A stretch of 64,000 nt of DNA from Candidatus Thalassarchaeum sp. (GCA_045559735.1 JBJLJN010000014.1:15451-79450); one strand, 5' to 3'. Positions 10,188 to 21,192 are shown, counted from the first letter of the stretch. Numbers and translations: made by a program. The notes: generated by a model not told the origin, from the letters alone.

Positions 10188-11456
10188 CTATACTGACCTC
10201 ACCTGCAACAGTGCTTGAGAGAGTTCCACATCAGGCATCCAGTCAATCACCTTCGCACCGTATCCTGAAATCGCCGTGAGACGGTTCTGCCTCTCGAGCT
10301 TTAGTACCTCGTAGGACATCCTCGGGATTCGGCTGACCAGGCGCTCAAGGTCGATACTACTCGGAGATAGCACGATGACTTGGTGGCCCTTGCCGGCGAG
10401 ATTTCTGATTGCCGGCAGGGTCGTACCGTCACCCTCCAGACTGCTGATGATGAATACTGGTGAGCCGCGGCTCATTCTAGCTGACATCGCGTTAGTCACC
10501 GCTTGCAGAGGCATCGAACCGCTGGCCTTGACAGAAGCCAAGCGGCTGAGAATTTTGTAGCCCTGCTTGTCACCCGTCTCTGCGGGAAGGAAATCCATCT
10601 TGTCTCCGTAGGTTACCAAAGCAACAGAATCGCGCCTTTTGATGAAATAGTTGGAGACCGAAGCTGCCGCTACAGTTCCCATCTCCAACGGATTCTTGAG
10701 GACAGTTCCGATTCTGGACACGTCTCTTGTGTCTAGGAAGATGAATACATCCGTAACAGCATCTCTGGTCTTCTCGTTAACCATCAGATCCCCAGTCTTG
10801 GCGAATGCCTTCCAGTTAATCGAGCGGAACGCATCACCAGGTAGGTACTCGCGCAGTGAGTAAAACTCCATACCCTGCCCGGGAGTCTTGAGAGTGGTTG
10901 CTCCGGTGTACATCTTGGGAACATCGGAGCGCAGAAGAGCCTCTTCGATCTCCCTGACTTGTGGGAATACCGTGACGTCTGTCCTGTCCTCAATCTGGGA
11001 CTCTGTGACATACAGGTTGAATGCGTTCCTGTATCTGACCGAGACTGGCCCCATTGTGTAGTGTCCGCGCAGTGGGCAGCGCACTCTGTACCTGATTCGA
11101 GCAGTCTGACCTGGGCCAAGATTCATCCTCATCTGGTTGATGCCTTTTCGCATCTTCATCTCATGAGGCACGTTATCGAATACCTCCAGCTGCTGAGTCC
11201 TGCGATATGATGTGTTTGAGATAGTCAACTCAACGACGAGGTCATCTCCCTTGTACACATTGACTGCATTGGCTGGAGTACCATTGATGGTTCGGCTAAT
11301 CTCTAGTTCGGAATGGCCCGAAACCCAACCGTTGATGGCGAGGAACGAGATGAAAGTGAGTCCGACAATCATTAGCTGGAAGTTGGAGATCATCATGCCA
11401 ATGAGAATCAGGCTGATTCCGCTGGTTACCATCAGAGATGCCTTTCTAGTCCACAT
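10188..11456 (-). CDS. DUF58 (vWA-like) domain protein with N-terminal TM pair
   Basis: EFYSLREYLPGDAFRSINWKA signature, plus a RGHYTMGP Ig-like part. Confidence 0.92.
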   Translation of the reverse strand: MWTRKASLMVTSGISLILIGMMISNFQLMIVGLTFISFLAINGWVSGHSELEISRTINGTPANAVNVYKGDDLVVELTISNTSYRRTQQLEVFDNVPHEMKMRKGINQMRMNLGPGQTARIRYRVRCPLRGHYTMGPVSVRYRNAFNLYVTESQIEDRTDVTVFPQVREIEEALLRSDVPKMYTGATTLKTPGQGMEFYSLREYLPGDAFRSINWKAFAKTGDLMVNEKTRDAVTDVFIFLDTRDVSRIGTVLKNPLEMGTVAAASVSNYFIKRRDSVALVTYGDKMDFLPAETGDKQGYKILSRLASVKASGSMPLQAVTNAMSARMSRGSPVFIISSLEGDGTTLPAIRNLAGKGHQVIVLSPSSIDLERLVSRIPRMSYEVLKLERQNRLTAISGYGAKVIDWMPDVELSQALLQVRSV

Positions 11457-11457
11457 T

Positions 11458-13116
11458 CTATGCACCCGCCTCGGATTCCGTGCGACCCCATTCCTTGATT
11501 CGCTTGATTATCCCCACTAGTTCGTCTGCCTTGTATCGCCTGTCCTCAAACAGGAAGTTGACTAGGATTGGATCCTCGACCATACGCTGCAACTCAGATG
11601 CAGGCATGGCGTCGAACTCTTCTCGTGACAGGGTGTTCAGATTACGTATCCGAGAAAGTAAGACCTGTCTAATCTTCTCAGGCCTCTGATAGTACTCGTA
11701 CCTTTTAGCGTCACCGAACCCATAGTAGATGATACGGAATACGTGTCGCCACTCCTGCGGGTCCTCCTTCCTAATCAGTACGGCTTCAAGGACGATGAAC
11801 AGGGTGAGGAAGAGTAGCAGCATTGCCATCCAGTCGTTGGTGAAGTAAATCAGCAGATAGTACAGGAGATTGTAGGTATCTCCGAACAGGGTCGGTTGCT
11901 GGTGTCTGCTCTCATCAAAGATGACTATCGCGTTGGAATTTGCCTTGGTCGAATTTGGGTCGACCAGTAAAGCTTCGGCGATGATATCTAGTGCCCACTT
12001 GCGATTGTCATTCTCAGGAATTGAGATTGACTGAGTAGAGCCGTCACCAACAGCAAAGTTGCCTAACGAACTTGGATCGTAGAGGGAATTAATCAGAATC
12101 GATCCGTCTGCTACGAAGTGGACCCTACCTGAATTCGAATCTATACAGAGTCTGTTCTCGCAGTGCCTGACATAGACTGCGAAAGGACCCTGCTCATCAC
12201 CCTCGATTCCCAGTGATTCGAAGCCGACTGTCAGGTTGCCATCGTCATTCGTATCTAGGTATGAATCCAGAGTCGATTTACCGATGGCGTATCGGTTATC
12301 GACTGGGTTGTATGAGGTGGCCTTCTCAAACGCTGAGGGCGAGTTTGTCAGCAAATTGTAGCCTTCCGAAAAGTCCCAGCCGTCGACCGAGTACCTGTGA
12401 CCACACAGGCCGGCATCGGATTCGGTGACGAAGGCGGAGATTGCCGGATTTAGGGGCTCGGGGTCGAGTATGTCGATTACGCCGTCGTCATCTAAGTCCT
12501 TGAGGCAGGGATGGATGGTTGCCAGCGAGCCAGAGTTCGTGGTGAAGTTGAATGCAGAACCGGTGTTGATCCAAATATAGTCAGCGCCTAGCTCGGCTGC
12601 ATACGAGCCTTCGTCGTACAGCCTGTGGCCAGAATACTGTAGTCCGAACTGGTCAGCGAGATTGCTTGAGTAGCCAAAGTCGTCCATGAGCAGTACAGTT
12701 CCGCCCCTCTGCACGAAGGACTCTATGGCGAGAATCTCGGAGGTGGAATAACCGTCGCCCTCAGAGAACTCGATGACGCTCTCATCGCCTGTGAACCTAG
12801 GCAGAGATATGGTGTCGCGCTCGACACCCGAGATGACGAAAACAGCCTGTTCGGGATAATCGATTTCGCTTAGTAACAGGGGACTTGAGACCAGTGCGGT
12901 GGTTTCCACTCCCATCGCACTGATGTCCGACCTGAAGGTGCCAAGGTCGTTCCAATCGTCCCCGTACGCAGACTGGTGAGTCTGACCGGGAACGACGTAG
13001 GTCATTGCGATGGTAGAGACCAGAATGAGAAGCAGGGCCCAGAATGAAAAGACCAATGCTCCGCGCCTCGCGCGGTGGCTCCTGATGAAAGTCGAGAAAC
13101 TCTGGGAATCTGCCAT
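11458..13116 (-). CDS. DUF4350-like membrane-anchored protein
   Basis: N-terminal TM; WNDLGTF, FVQRGGTVLLMDDFG, GRVHFVADGSILIN and IFDESRH motifs; second TM near the C-terminus; DxDDDG repeats. Confidence 0.8.
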   Translation of the reverse strand: MADSQSFSTFIRSHRARRGALVFSFWALLLILVSTIAMTYVVPGQTHQSAYGDDWNDLGTFRSDISAMGVETTALVSSPLLLSEIDYPEQAVFVISGVERDTISLPRFTGDESVIEFSEGDGYSTSEILAIESFVQRGGTVLLMDDFGYSSNLADQFGLQYSGHRLYDEGSYAAELGADYIWINTGSAFNFTTNSGSLATIHPCLKDLDDDGVIDILDPEPLNPAISAFVTESDAGLCGHRYSVDGWDFSEGYNLLTNSPSAFEKATSYNPVDNRYAIGKSTLDSYLDTNDDGNLTVGFESLGIEGDEQGPFAVYVRHCENRLCIDSNSGRVHFVADGSILINSLYDPSSLGNFAVGDGSTQSISIPENDNRKWALDIIAEALLVDPNSTKANSNAIVIFDESRHQQPTLFGDTYNLLYYLLIYFTNDWMAMLLLFLTLFIVLEAVLIRKEDPQEWRHVFRIIYYGFGDAKRYEYYQRPEKIRQVLLSRIRNLNTLSREEFDAMPASELQRMVEDPILVNFLFEDRRYKADELVGIIKRIKEWGRTESEAGA

Positions 13117-13127
13117 ACTGGGAGCCT

Positions 13128-13144
13128 CCGTTCCGTAGGAACGG
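13128..13144. repeat. Inverted repeat CCGTTCC-GTA-GGAACGG just upstream of the DUF4350 gene
   Basis: Perfect 7-bp stem with a 3-nt loop, read directly. Confidence 0.75.
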
Positions 13145-13207
13145 GCAACGAGCCTAAACTTCGTCTTAAGACCATTATGTGGCCATGAACCAGAGTTGCA
13201 TCAGATA

Positions 13208-13450
13208 TCAGCGCGCCAATTGGATGCTGGTGCCCACTCCAGATACCTCTTCGACTGGGACTGAGAGTAGTCCGTCATCGGTAGGCCAAGGAAGAAGAGC
13301 CGGGTCTATGTCTGGCTCAATGGTGACCATCAGAGCCACAATTTCTCCGGAGTCAGAATCCAATCTGAAGTCGGCCAAGTTGCCTAGCTTGTCCCCTGAC
13401 TCGTCGATAACTGTCATCCCGAGAATCTCTCGGCCGAATGTCGTAGGCAT
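13208..13450 (-). CDS. Stand-alone PRC-barrel protein
   Basis: 80 aa with the ILGMTVIDESGDKLGNLADFRLD..SGEI pattern. Confidence 0.88.
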   Translation of the reverse strand: MPTTFGREILGMTVIDESGDKLGNLADFRLDSDSGEIVALMVTIEPDIDPALLPWPTDDGLLSVPVEEVSGVGTSIQLAR

Positions 13451-13456
13451 AGTAAC

Positions 13457-15682
13457 TCACACTGATTCAATGCCGGAGAGGCCATCCGGACTTCTGCGGA
13501 CAGACTCCAGACCACTCACCAGCATGGACTCCATGCGATTGTAGTACTGCATCATCTCATCGGTCACAGTCGGCCTCACACGCTCAATTGCCTGCTCGAA
13601 GTGCTTCTTGGACACTGTCTTGCGCTCAGCCCTCATCGCGATGAGTGCAGCTTCCCTGCAAATTGACTCGATATCCGCTCCTGTGTAGTTGGTCATCTGT
13701 GATGCGAGGCCGGCGAGCTTGAACTTGCCCAGAGGCATGCTCTCTGTGTGAATTTTTAGAATCTCCAGAATTGACTTTGAGTCAGGAGGCGGTATATGCA
13801 GGACTCTCTCAAAGCGTCCACTGCGCAGAAGAGCAGGATCAATCATTTCCGGCCTATTGGTCGCAGCGACCACAATAACACCCTCCATACTCTCGACTCC
13901 GTCCATGCTGCTCAGCAATTGGTTGACGACCCTGTTCATCACATCTGAACCTCCGCCATCGCTGGCTCTCCTCATGCCAGCAATGCTCTCGAACTCGTCG
14001 AGGAAGACAATCGAAGGACTCGATTGCTTGGCCTTCTTGAATACCTCTCGGACGGCCTTCTCGGACTCGCCGACCCACTTGGAAATCAGCTCTGGCCCCT
14101 TGATTGTGATGAAGTTCGCCTTGGCCTCGTTAGCTATTGCCTTTGCAATCAGTGTCTTCCCAGTTCCGGGTGCTCCGAACAGCACAATTCCACGGGGAGG
14201 ATTGATCCCGAAGTGGTCGAACAAATCGGGTTTGGTCAGAGGCCACTCGATGCTCTCCTTGAGTCTCTCCTTGACCTCATCCAGACCGCCGACCTGGTCC
14301 CATGAGACCTCGGGCACCTCAAGGTAGATCTCGCGCAGCGCACTGGGTTCGATTTCCTTGATTGCCTGTCTGAAGTCCGACATCCTGACTTCCATCTTCT
14401 CCAGTACCTCTGGAGATATCTGCTCCTCCTCGAGGTCTATCTCAGGCAGGTATCTGCGGAGCGCCTTCATCGCTGATTCCCTAACCAGAGCCGAGATATC
14501 AGCACCGACGAAGCCGTATGAGTTGTCGAGTAGCCAATCCATGTCAAAATCGTCGCTAATTGGCATGCCGCGAGTATGGATGTCGATGATTTCCTTGCGG
14601 CCATTCTTGTCTGGGACGCCGATTTCCAGCTCCCTGTCAAAACGGCCAGGACGACGTAAGGCTGGATCTATAGCGTCCCTGCGATTTGTGGCTCCAATGA
14701 CGACCACATTGTCGCGGCCTTGCATTCCATCTAGAAGAGTAAGTAGCTGGGCCACAACTCTGCGCTCGACCTCTCCAGTAACGTCCTCCCTCTTCGGGGC
14801 AATACTGTCGAGTTCATCTATGAAGATGATAGCAGGGGTGTTAGCTGCAGCCTCGTCGAAAATCTCTCTGAGCTGCTTCTCGCTCTCACCGTAGTACTTG
14901 GAGATGATTTCGGGGCCATTGATTGATGTGAAATGAGCATTAGTCTCGGAGGCCACAGCCTTCGCAATCAGAGTCTTGCCGGTTCCCGGAGGTCCGTGGA
15001 GTAGGACGCCTCTCGGTGGATCTATTCCCAAGCGCCTGAACAGTATAGGATGCTTGAGTGGGAGCTCAATCATCTCCCTGACCTTCTGGAGTTGCTCACC
15101 TATGCCACCAATATCTTCGTAAGAAATTGTTTGAACTTGGCCGGATTCTTCCTCATCGACAGCTTCCTCTTTAATCACAATCTCAGTATCGGGAAGAACC
15201 TGAACGATTCCCTTTGGGCTGGTGGAAACTATTGCGAATGGAAGGGCCTCGGCGAACAGAGTCATTCCGGGAATGAAGATGCGGTCGCCGGCGACCACTG
15301 GGCGCTTGTTCAGACCGCGTCGAGCGAAGCCCTCGATTCCAGGCCCGAACCTGACCTTCTGCTGCTTGGCCATGACGGGGCTGAGAACGAGTCGCTGGCA
15401 TGGCTGGGTCTCGACCTTGGAGATGGTGACGCGGTCGCCGAGGCTGACTCCGGCGTTCTTACGAATGATACCGTCTATCCGGATTACTCCGAGGTTGGCA
15501 TCCTCTGGTCTGCAGCGCCATACAATCGCAGCGGTTCGTTGCTCGCCAGCAATCTCCACGATATCTCCAGGCTTGAGGTTTAGTTCATTGTCAAATGGCA
15601 CGCGAGCGCGGCCGTGACCTACGTCGCTGGGTATGGCCTTGGCCACCCTCAGTGCGAGTGTTTCATTTGCTTCATCGGACAC
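13457..15682 (-). CDS. cdc48: CDC48/VAT family AAA+ ATPase
   Basis: N-domain; two AAA modules ([12 protein letters not shown] and [12 protein letters not shown]); RPGRFDR; GTG start. Confidence 0.96.
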   Translation of the reverse strand: MSDEANETLALRVAKAIPSDVGHGRARVPFDNELNLKPGDIVEIAGEQRTAAIVWRCRPEDANLGVIRIDGIIRKNAGVSLGDRVTISKVETQPCQRLVLSPVMAKQQKVRFGPGIEGFARRGLNKRPVVAGDRIFIPGMTLFAEALPFAIVSTSPKGIVQVLPDTEIVIKEEAVDEEESGQVQTISYEDIGGIGEQLQKVREMIELPLKHPILFRRLGIDPPRGVLLHGPPGTGKTLIAKAVASETNAHFTSINGPEIISKYYGESEKQLREIFDEAAANTPAIIFIDELDSIAPKREDVTGEVERRVVAQLLTLLDGMQGRDNVVVIGATNRRDAIDPALRRPGRFDRELEIGVPDKNGRKEIIDIHTRGMPISDDFDMDWLLDNSYGFVGADISALVRESAMKALRRYLPEIDLEEEQISPEVLEKMEVRMSDFRQAIKEIEPSALREIYLEVPEVSWDQVGGLDEVKERLKESIEWPLTKPDLFDHFGINPPRGIVLFGAPGTGKTLIAKAIANEAKANFITIKGPELISKWVGESEKAVREVFKKAKQSSPSIVFLDEFESIAGMRRASDGGGSDVMNRVVNQLLSSMDGVESMEGVIVVAATNRPEMIDPALLRSGRFERVLHIPPPDSKSILEILKIHTESMPLGKFKLAGLASQMTNYTGADIESICREAALIAMRAERKTVSKKHFEQAIERVRPTVTDEMMQYYNRMESMLVSGLESVRRSPDGLSGIESV

Positions 15683-15823
15683 AATACGACCCCTGACAGA
15701 TGCTCTTGTGCTCTCAGGTTAGTTAAACCTACCAATCTGGAGGTGTCCCGGAGGTTGAAACGGTTATCGGAACGATGAGGGCCGATGAGTAGGATTCATT
15801 GCTTGATGTCCATTCGCCGGGCC

Positions 15824-17452
15824 ATGACACACGTTCTAGAGGCCGGCTTCGAATACATGGAAGCGAACAACCCGAATGGATCACCGAAGGTTAGAGGTTA
15901 CAACATCATCAATGGTAATCTGACTCTGGCCAGCGACGGCTCGACCTACGAGAGTATCAACCCGGCCTGGCTGGATGATTGCTTGGGCGAGTTTCCCCTA
16001 TCAACCAAGTCTGATGTTCACGATGCGCTTGCAGCCGCTCGTGCAGCATTCCCGGACTGGGCAGCCACCCCGGCCCCCACACGCGGACAGGTGATTGGTA
16101 ATATGGGCCGGCTGCTTATGGAGCACAAGGATGATCTCGTGCGCCTACAGGCACGCGAGATAGGTAAGACTCTGAAGGAGTGTGGCGGTGAAATCCAGGA
16201 AGCGATAGACACTTGCCTCTTCTTCCAATCAGAGGGTCGTCGTCTGTACGGTCAGACCGTCAACTCCGAGTTGCCTGACAAGGAGCTCTTCACCTACCGT
16301 CGCCCATTGGGAGTATGTGGCATCATCAACTCCTGCAACTTCCCATCAGCGGTCCCATTCTGGAAGATGATTCCTGCAATCATGTGCGGTAACACCTGTG
16401 TGTGGAAATCGCCTCAGGACTCGCCTATGCTTTCCTTCGCTCTGGCCCGAATCATGCATGAGTCAGGATTGCCTGACGGCGTGATCAATCTCATACACGG
16501 CAAAGGCAGTGGGGCAGGCCAAGACCTAGTCGACTCCGCCGACCTCGGGATGGTCAACAAGATTTCATTCACGGGCAGTACTGCTGTGGGGAAGATGATA
16601 GGTGAAATCTGTGGGCGCAACCTAGTCAGCGCATCGCTTGAACTAGGGGGCAAGAATCCACTTGTGATTATGCCTTCCGCCAATATGGAGAATGCTGTGG
16701 AAGGGGCGTACTGGGCTGGTTTCGGAACAGCCGGGCAGCGCTGTACGAGCCTTGGCAATCTGATTATCCATGAGGCCATCTACGACGAGTTTGTTGAGCG
16801 CTTCATGGACAGGGTCAGATCGACAGTTATCGGAGACTCGATGCGGAACAATGGAGTCCTATACGGCTCAATGCTGTCAGAGAGGTATGCTGTTGACTTT
16901 CTCAAAGGCATCGAGATGTGCGAAGCCAGTGGGGCGACGAAAATCTGGGGCGAGGGTCGGATAACCAACGACAACAAGCCCGACAATTTCCATGGCGACG
17001 CCAGTGAGGGAGTCTACATGTGGCCACATGTCTACACCGGTGTCACCGAGGAAATGGAGTGCTTCCACGAGGAGATTTTCGGACCTGCGGTTACCATCGT
17101 CAAGGCTCGTGACTTCGACCACGCCCTCCACCTAGCTAATGCATCCCCATACGGCCTATCGTCGGCGATTTACACCAACGATCGTCTCGAGGCTTACCGC
17201 TACAAGACTGGTATCAAGGCCGGTATGACCGGAATCAACAACTCGACAACCGGAGCAGAAGCTCACCTGCCTTTTGGAGGAGTCAAGGGCAGCGGTAATG
17301 GAACCCGCGAGTCCGGCATCTGGGTCATCGAGGCCTATTCTTACTGGCACGCTGTCAACGACGAGCTCTCTGGCAAGCTCCAACTTGCCCAGATGGACGT
17401 CGACGAGATTGAGATGGAAGAGGCTGAAGCTGACTACGCCGGGCTTGCCTAA
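15824..17452 (+). CDS. NAD(P)-dependent aldehyde dehydrogenase
   Basis: FTGS, LELGGKN, GQRCT and EEIFGP motifs; the start could also be 15785. Confidence 0.93.
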   Translation: MTHVLEAGFEYMEANNPNGSPKVRGYNIINGNLTLASDGSTYESINPAWLDDCLGEFPLSTKSDVHDALAAARAAFPDWAATPAPTRGQVIGNMGRLLMEHKDDLVRLQAREIGKTLKECGGEIQEAIDTCLFFQSEGRRLYGQTVNSELPDKELFTYRRPLGVCGIINSCNFPSAVPFWKMIPAIMCGNTCVWKSPQDSPMLSFALARIMHESGLPDGVINLIHGKGSGAGQDLVDSADLGMVNKISFTGSTAVGKMIGEICGRNLVSASLELGGKNPLVIMPSANMENAVEGAYWAGFGTAGQRCTSLGNLIIHEAIYDEFVERFMDRVRSTVIGDSMRNNGVLYGSMLSERYAVDFLKGIEMCEASGATKIWGEGRITNDNKPDNFHGDASEGVYMWPHVYTGVTEEMECFHEEIFGPAVTIVKARDFDHALHLANASPYGLSSAIYTNDRLEAYRYKTGIKAGMTGINNSTTGAEAHLPFGGVKGSGNGTRESGIWVIEAYSYWHAVNDELSGKLQLAQMDVDEIEMEEAEADYAGLA

Positions 17453-17553
17453 ATCAGCATCTCGCCACACTGCGGACACGGTAGTCCGGGTAGCCAAGCC
17501 CCCGGCATATGCCCACAGTTCTGACAGATGGAGGATTCGATGTCACCGTCCAC
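17449..17553 (-). CDS. Zinc-finger microprotein, 34 aa (CQNCG...CPQCG)
   Basis: Manual translation from GTG: MDGDIESSICQNCGHMPGAWLPGLPCPQCGEMLI*; TTGAA box 25-29 nt upstream; stop overlaps the ALDH stop. Confidence 0.7.
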   Translation of the reverse strand: MDGDIESSICQNCGHMPGAWLPGLPCPQCGEMLI

Positions 17554-17597
17554 GGACTCCGATTGAGGGAGTATACCTTCAACCTTGCACCGGCACC

Positions 17598-17616
17598 TGA
17601 GTCCCAAAGGGACTCA
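17598..17616. promoter_or_regulatory. Inverted repeat TGAGTCCC-AAA-GGGACTCA upstream of the sdh operon
   Basis: Perfect 8-bp stem; its core matches the repeat upstream of nuoA. Regulatory role is inferred. Confidence 0.6.
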
Positions 17617-17666
17617 TGCAATCCCTTATGTGACTAGAACGGTGCCGTTGAATATCGGGGATACAG

Positions 17667-18539
17667 ATGAGTGAGGGCATCAAACTCCCGCTCCCTATGA
17701 AGAAGGGATTGGGCGCTACTGACAGAGTGGATGCTTGGTGGAAGGGGCCCACTGCCATGGTGGCATACTTGGGCTTCATGATTGTCTACGCCACATGGCG
17801 CGGGATGATGGAGTCAGACTTCTGGTACTTTGAGGAATTTGGAAGGAGTGTCGGTCATCAGACCATGGCTATCGAGAGTCAAGGGAGTCACGTCCTCAGC
17901 CCGCTGTTCAGCCCTCTCATCATTCCTGGAAAGGGCACTATGGGGTCGCTGGTTCCGATGTGGCTGGCTTGGATGTCCCCCGCTATGTTCATCCTGATTT
18001 TTCCCGCTGGCTTCCGTGCTACATGCTACTACTACCGCAAGGCGTACTACCGTGCTTTCATGCAACAGCCCACCGGGTGCGCTGTCTCCAAGCCGTGGGA
18101 TGAATACAGCGGCGAGACTGGTTTGCTAGTCTTCCAAAACCTCCATCGATACTTCATGTATGTCATGCTGATTTATCTGCCAATCCTGTCCTGGGACTTC
18201 TGGCTCTCCGTGAACTTCCACGATGCTTTTGGGGCTCATCACTACGGAGTTAGTTTCGGCTCTATCTGTCTGTTGGTCAATGTGATTATGTTGGCAGGCT
18301 ATACCTTCGGATGCCACGCTTTCCGCCATGTCGTCGGAGGAGGTTCAAATGACTGGACCGGAGATTCGATGGGCAGACTTAGGTACAAGATGTGGAAACT
18401 ATCTACAAGGCTCAATGAGACGCACAAGGAATGGGCACTGTACAGCCTATTCTGGGTGATGTTTACTGACTTCTACATTTATGCCTGCACCGATCCAATG
18501 TTTGGATGGACCGACCTGATTCTATGGGGTGGTCTGTGA
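17667..18539 (+). CDS. Succinate dehydrogenase membrane anchor, type F (mycobacterial Sdh1/Rv0249c-like)
   Basis: About 5 TMs; [28 protein letters not shown] and GCHAFRH motifs; directly upstream of sdhA. Confidence 0.85.
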   Translation: MSEGIKLPLPMKKGLGATDRVDAWWKGPTAMVAYLGFMIVYATWRGMMESDFWYFEEFGRSVGHQTMAIESQGSHVLSPLFSPLIIPGKGTMGSLVPMWLAWMSPAMFILIFPAGFRATCYYYRKAYYRAFMQQPTGCAVSKPWDEYSGETGLLVFQNLHRYFMYVMLIYLPILSWDFWLSVNFHDAFGAHHYGVSFGSICLLVNVIMLAGYTFGCHAFRHVVGGGSNDWTGDSMGRLRYKMWKLSTRLNETHKEWALYSLFWVMFTDFYIYACTDPMFGWTDLILWGGL

Positions 18540-20374
18540 TGGGGGATGTGATTACCCATGAGCACGATGTGGTCGTTATCGGGGCTGGCGGTGCTGGCCT
18601 CAGAGCCTCCATCGAAGCCAGCGCTGCTGGAGTCAGTGTGGCCATGATTTGCAAGTCGATGCTGGGTAAGGCACACACTGTGATGGCCGAGGGAGGGGCA
18701 GCGGCAGCTCTTGCGAACAAGGACCATCGGGACTCATGGCAGACTCATTTCCGTGACACCATGAAAGGTGGCAAGTACCTAGGTGATTGGCGAATGGCCC
18801 AGATTCATGCTCAGCAGGCTCCAGATAGGATTCGTGAGCTGGAGCAGTGGGGTGCAGTCTTCGACCGAACACCCCAAGGTCGGACCAGCCAGCGCAACTT
18901 CGGCGGTCACACCTATCCCAGACTGGCTCACATCGGAGATGCTACCGGCCTGGAGTTGATTCGAACGCTCCAACAGAAAGGCATCCACATGGGAATGGAT
19001 GTGTTCATGGAATTCACAGTTCGAAGATTGTTCACTACCGATGGTCGCGTCTCGGGATGCTTCGCTTACGACCGGAACGACGGTTCGCTGCACGTATTCA
19101 AGGCCAAGACGATAGTGCTGGCCACCGGTGGTATCACTCGATGTTGGGAGGTCTGCTCCGGCTCCTGGGAGTACAGCGGTGAAGGGCATGCTTTGGCCTA
19201 CTGGGCAGGAGCAGAGATGGGCGATATGGAGTTTGTCCAGTTCCACCCCACCGGGATGATATGGCCCCCCTCGGTCAAGGGGATATTAGTCACAGAGGGT
19301 GTCCGTGGAGAGGGTGGCATGCTGACCAACTCCGAGGGTGAGAGATTCATGTTCAACTACATCCCTGAGATGTATGCAGACGAGTTCGCAGATACCGAGG
19401 AGGAGTCACAGGGATGGGTCGATGAGGTCATCGCCGGCAAACTCGCTACGAAGCGCAGGCCACCAGAGCTGCTCACTCGCGATGTCGTCGCGAAAGCGAT
19501 AAACAGCGAGCGTGACGCTGGGAGGTCTTCTGAGCACGGAGGAGCTTATCTCGACATCTCATGGAGGTCCGAGGAGGAAGTCAAGAAGAAGCTCCCCGGA
19601 ATGTATCACCAGTTCAAGGAACTCGCAGCTGTGGACATCACCAAGCAGCCGATGGAAGTCGGCCCCACCGCACACTATGTCATGGGCGGCGTGAAGGTCG
19701 ACTCGTACACTCAGGAGAGTTCGGTGCCCGGACTGTACGCAGCCGGAGAAGTCGCCACCGGGCTGCACGGAGCCAATCGACTGGGTGGGAACTCACTGTC
19801 AGATCTTCTCGTGTTCGGCAGGATTGCCGGGGAGCAGGCTGCCGAATGCGCCAAGCAGATGGTATACTTTGCCGGAATCGACCAGTCTGACATCGACGAT
19901 GTGGTCGATGAGACTCTGGCCCCCCTTAGTCGCGAGGTTGGCGAGAACCCGGCTCAGGTGGTCAGCGACCTCAGGGAGATGATGCAGAACAAGGCAGGTA
20001 TCATCCGGACCGGGGGTCTGCTCCTAGAAGCCCTGCAGGATCTCGATGAGCTTGAGCGCAGGGCAGTTGAGGTCGCCCCCGGGGGAGGTCGAATCTACAA
20101 TCCTGGATGGCATCAAGCACTGGAATTGGGTGCGATGATTGACGTCAGTAGGATGTGTGCGCTAGCAGCCCTGAGAAGAGAGGAGAGTCGTGGAGGTCAC
20201 ACAAGAGATGATTTTCCTGAATCCGACCATACCTACTGGGGCAAGGTGAACAGTGTGATTAAGCAAGTCCAAGACGGTTCGATGGATATAGACTACGTCT
20301 CCTATCCTGCGATACCCGAGGAGCTCGAGTCGCTGCTCGATTCTGATGATCTAAAAAGGGAGGGAAGAGCATGA
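18539..20374 (+). CDS. sdhA: Succinate dehydrogenase/fumarate reductase flavoprotein subunit
   Basis: [15 protein letters not shown] (covalent FAD His), [25 protein letters not shown] and ESRGGH. Confidence 0.96.
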   Translation: MGDVITHEHDVVVIGAGGAGLRASIEASAAGVSVAMICKSMLGKAHTVMAEGGAAAALANKDHRDSWQTHFRDTMKGGKYLGDWRMAQIHAQQAPDRIRELEQWGAVFDRTPQGRTSQRNFGGHTYPRLAHIGDATGLELIRTLQQKGIHMGMDVFMEFTVRRLFTTDGRVSGCFAYDRNDGSLHVFKAKTIVLATGGITRCWEVCSGSWEYSGEGHALAYWAGAEMGDMEFVQFHPTGMIWPPSVKGILVTEGVRGEGGMLTNSEGERFMFNYIPEMYADEFADTEEESQGWVDEVIAGKLATKRRPPELLTRDVVAKAINSERDAGRSSEHGGAYLDISWRSEEEVKKKLPGMYHQFKELAAVDITKQPMEVGPTAHYVMGGVKVDSYTQESSVPGLYAAGEVATGLHGANRLGGNSLSDLLVFGRIAGEQAAECAKQMVYFAGIDQSDIDDVVDETLAPLSREVGENPAQVVSDLREMMQNKAGIIRTGGLLLEALQDLDELERRAVEVAPGGGRIYNPGWHQALELGAMIDVSRMCALAALRREESRGGHTRDDFPESDHTYWGKVNSVIKQVQDGSMDIDYVSYPAIPEELESLLDSDDLKREGRA

Positions 20375-21138
20375 GTGACGAAGTGACATTCAGGGTTTTC
20401 AGAGGCGAGCCCGATGCTGATGGCGAACCTTTCGGCAGGATGGAGGACTACACCGTGCAACTCGACGAGGGCATGGTAGTCCTCGATGTCATCCATAGGA
20501 TTCAGGCGGAGCATGCTCCTGATCTCTCATGCCGCTGGAACTGCAAGGCAGGCAAATGTGGCTCTTGCAGCGCTGAGGTCAACGGAAAGCCCAAACTGAT
20601 GTGCATGACAAGGATGGAGGATGTCCTAGAAGAGGCTCCCGAGGGACTCCCTGTCCTAGTAAAGCCGATGCAGGCCTTTCCACTGACCAAAGATCTCGTC
20701 ACTGATACCACTTGGGCTTACGAGACAGATAGGAAAATTGCTCCAATCAGCGGCCCCGACGAGCCTGACTGGGAGTTCAGCCAGCAGGAGGCCGATAGAA
20801 TTCAGGAGTTCAGGTCGTGCATCGAGTGCATGCTGTGCGTGAACACGTGTCACGTCCTTAGGGAGCACAAAATGTTCGACGAGTTCGCTGGACCACGCTT
20901 CTTCGTTCGTCTTGCGAACCTCGAGATGCATCCTCTGGATACTCAGAACCGGATTCCTGAGGTCAAGGACGATTTTGGAATCGGATACTGTAACATCACG
21001 AAGTGCTGCACTGAGGTCTGCCCAGCTGGAATCAACATCACCGACAACGCGATCATACCTCTCAAGGAGAGAGTAGTTACAGAATACTACGACCCATTGG
21101 CCATGATAGCGAGAAAACTAAGCAAAGGTCGGAACTAG
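20371..21138 (+). CDS. sdhB: Succinate dehydrogenase iron-sulfur subunit
   Basis: [21 protein letters not shown] and [16 protein letters not shown] overlap with sdhA. Confidence 0.95.
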   Translation: MSDEVTFRVFRGEPDADGEPFGRMEDYTVQLDEGMVVLDVIHRIQAEHAPDLSCRWNCKAGKCGSCSAEVNGKPKLMCMTRMEDVLEEAPEGLPVLVKPMQAFPLTKDLVTDTTWAYETDRKIAPISGPDEPDWEFSQQEADRIQEFRSCIECMLCVNTCHVLREHKMFDEFAGPRFFVRLANLEMHPLDTQNRIPEVKDDFGIGYCNITKCCTEVCPAGINITDNAIIPLKERVVTEYYDPLAMIARKLSKGRN

Positions 21139-21192
21139 CGTACGCTACGCTACAAGGTGGGCTCGGACGCGACACAAGAGCCGAAACAGCGC

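Noticed and set aside
21136..21153. Palindrome TAGCGTACGCTA and TACGC tandem at the sdhB stop
   Set aside because: Single short instance between convergent genes; at most a termination feature.
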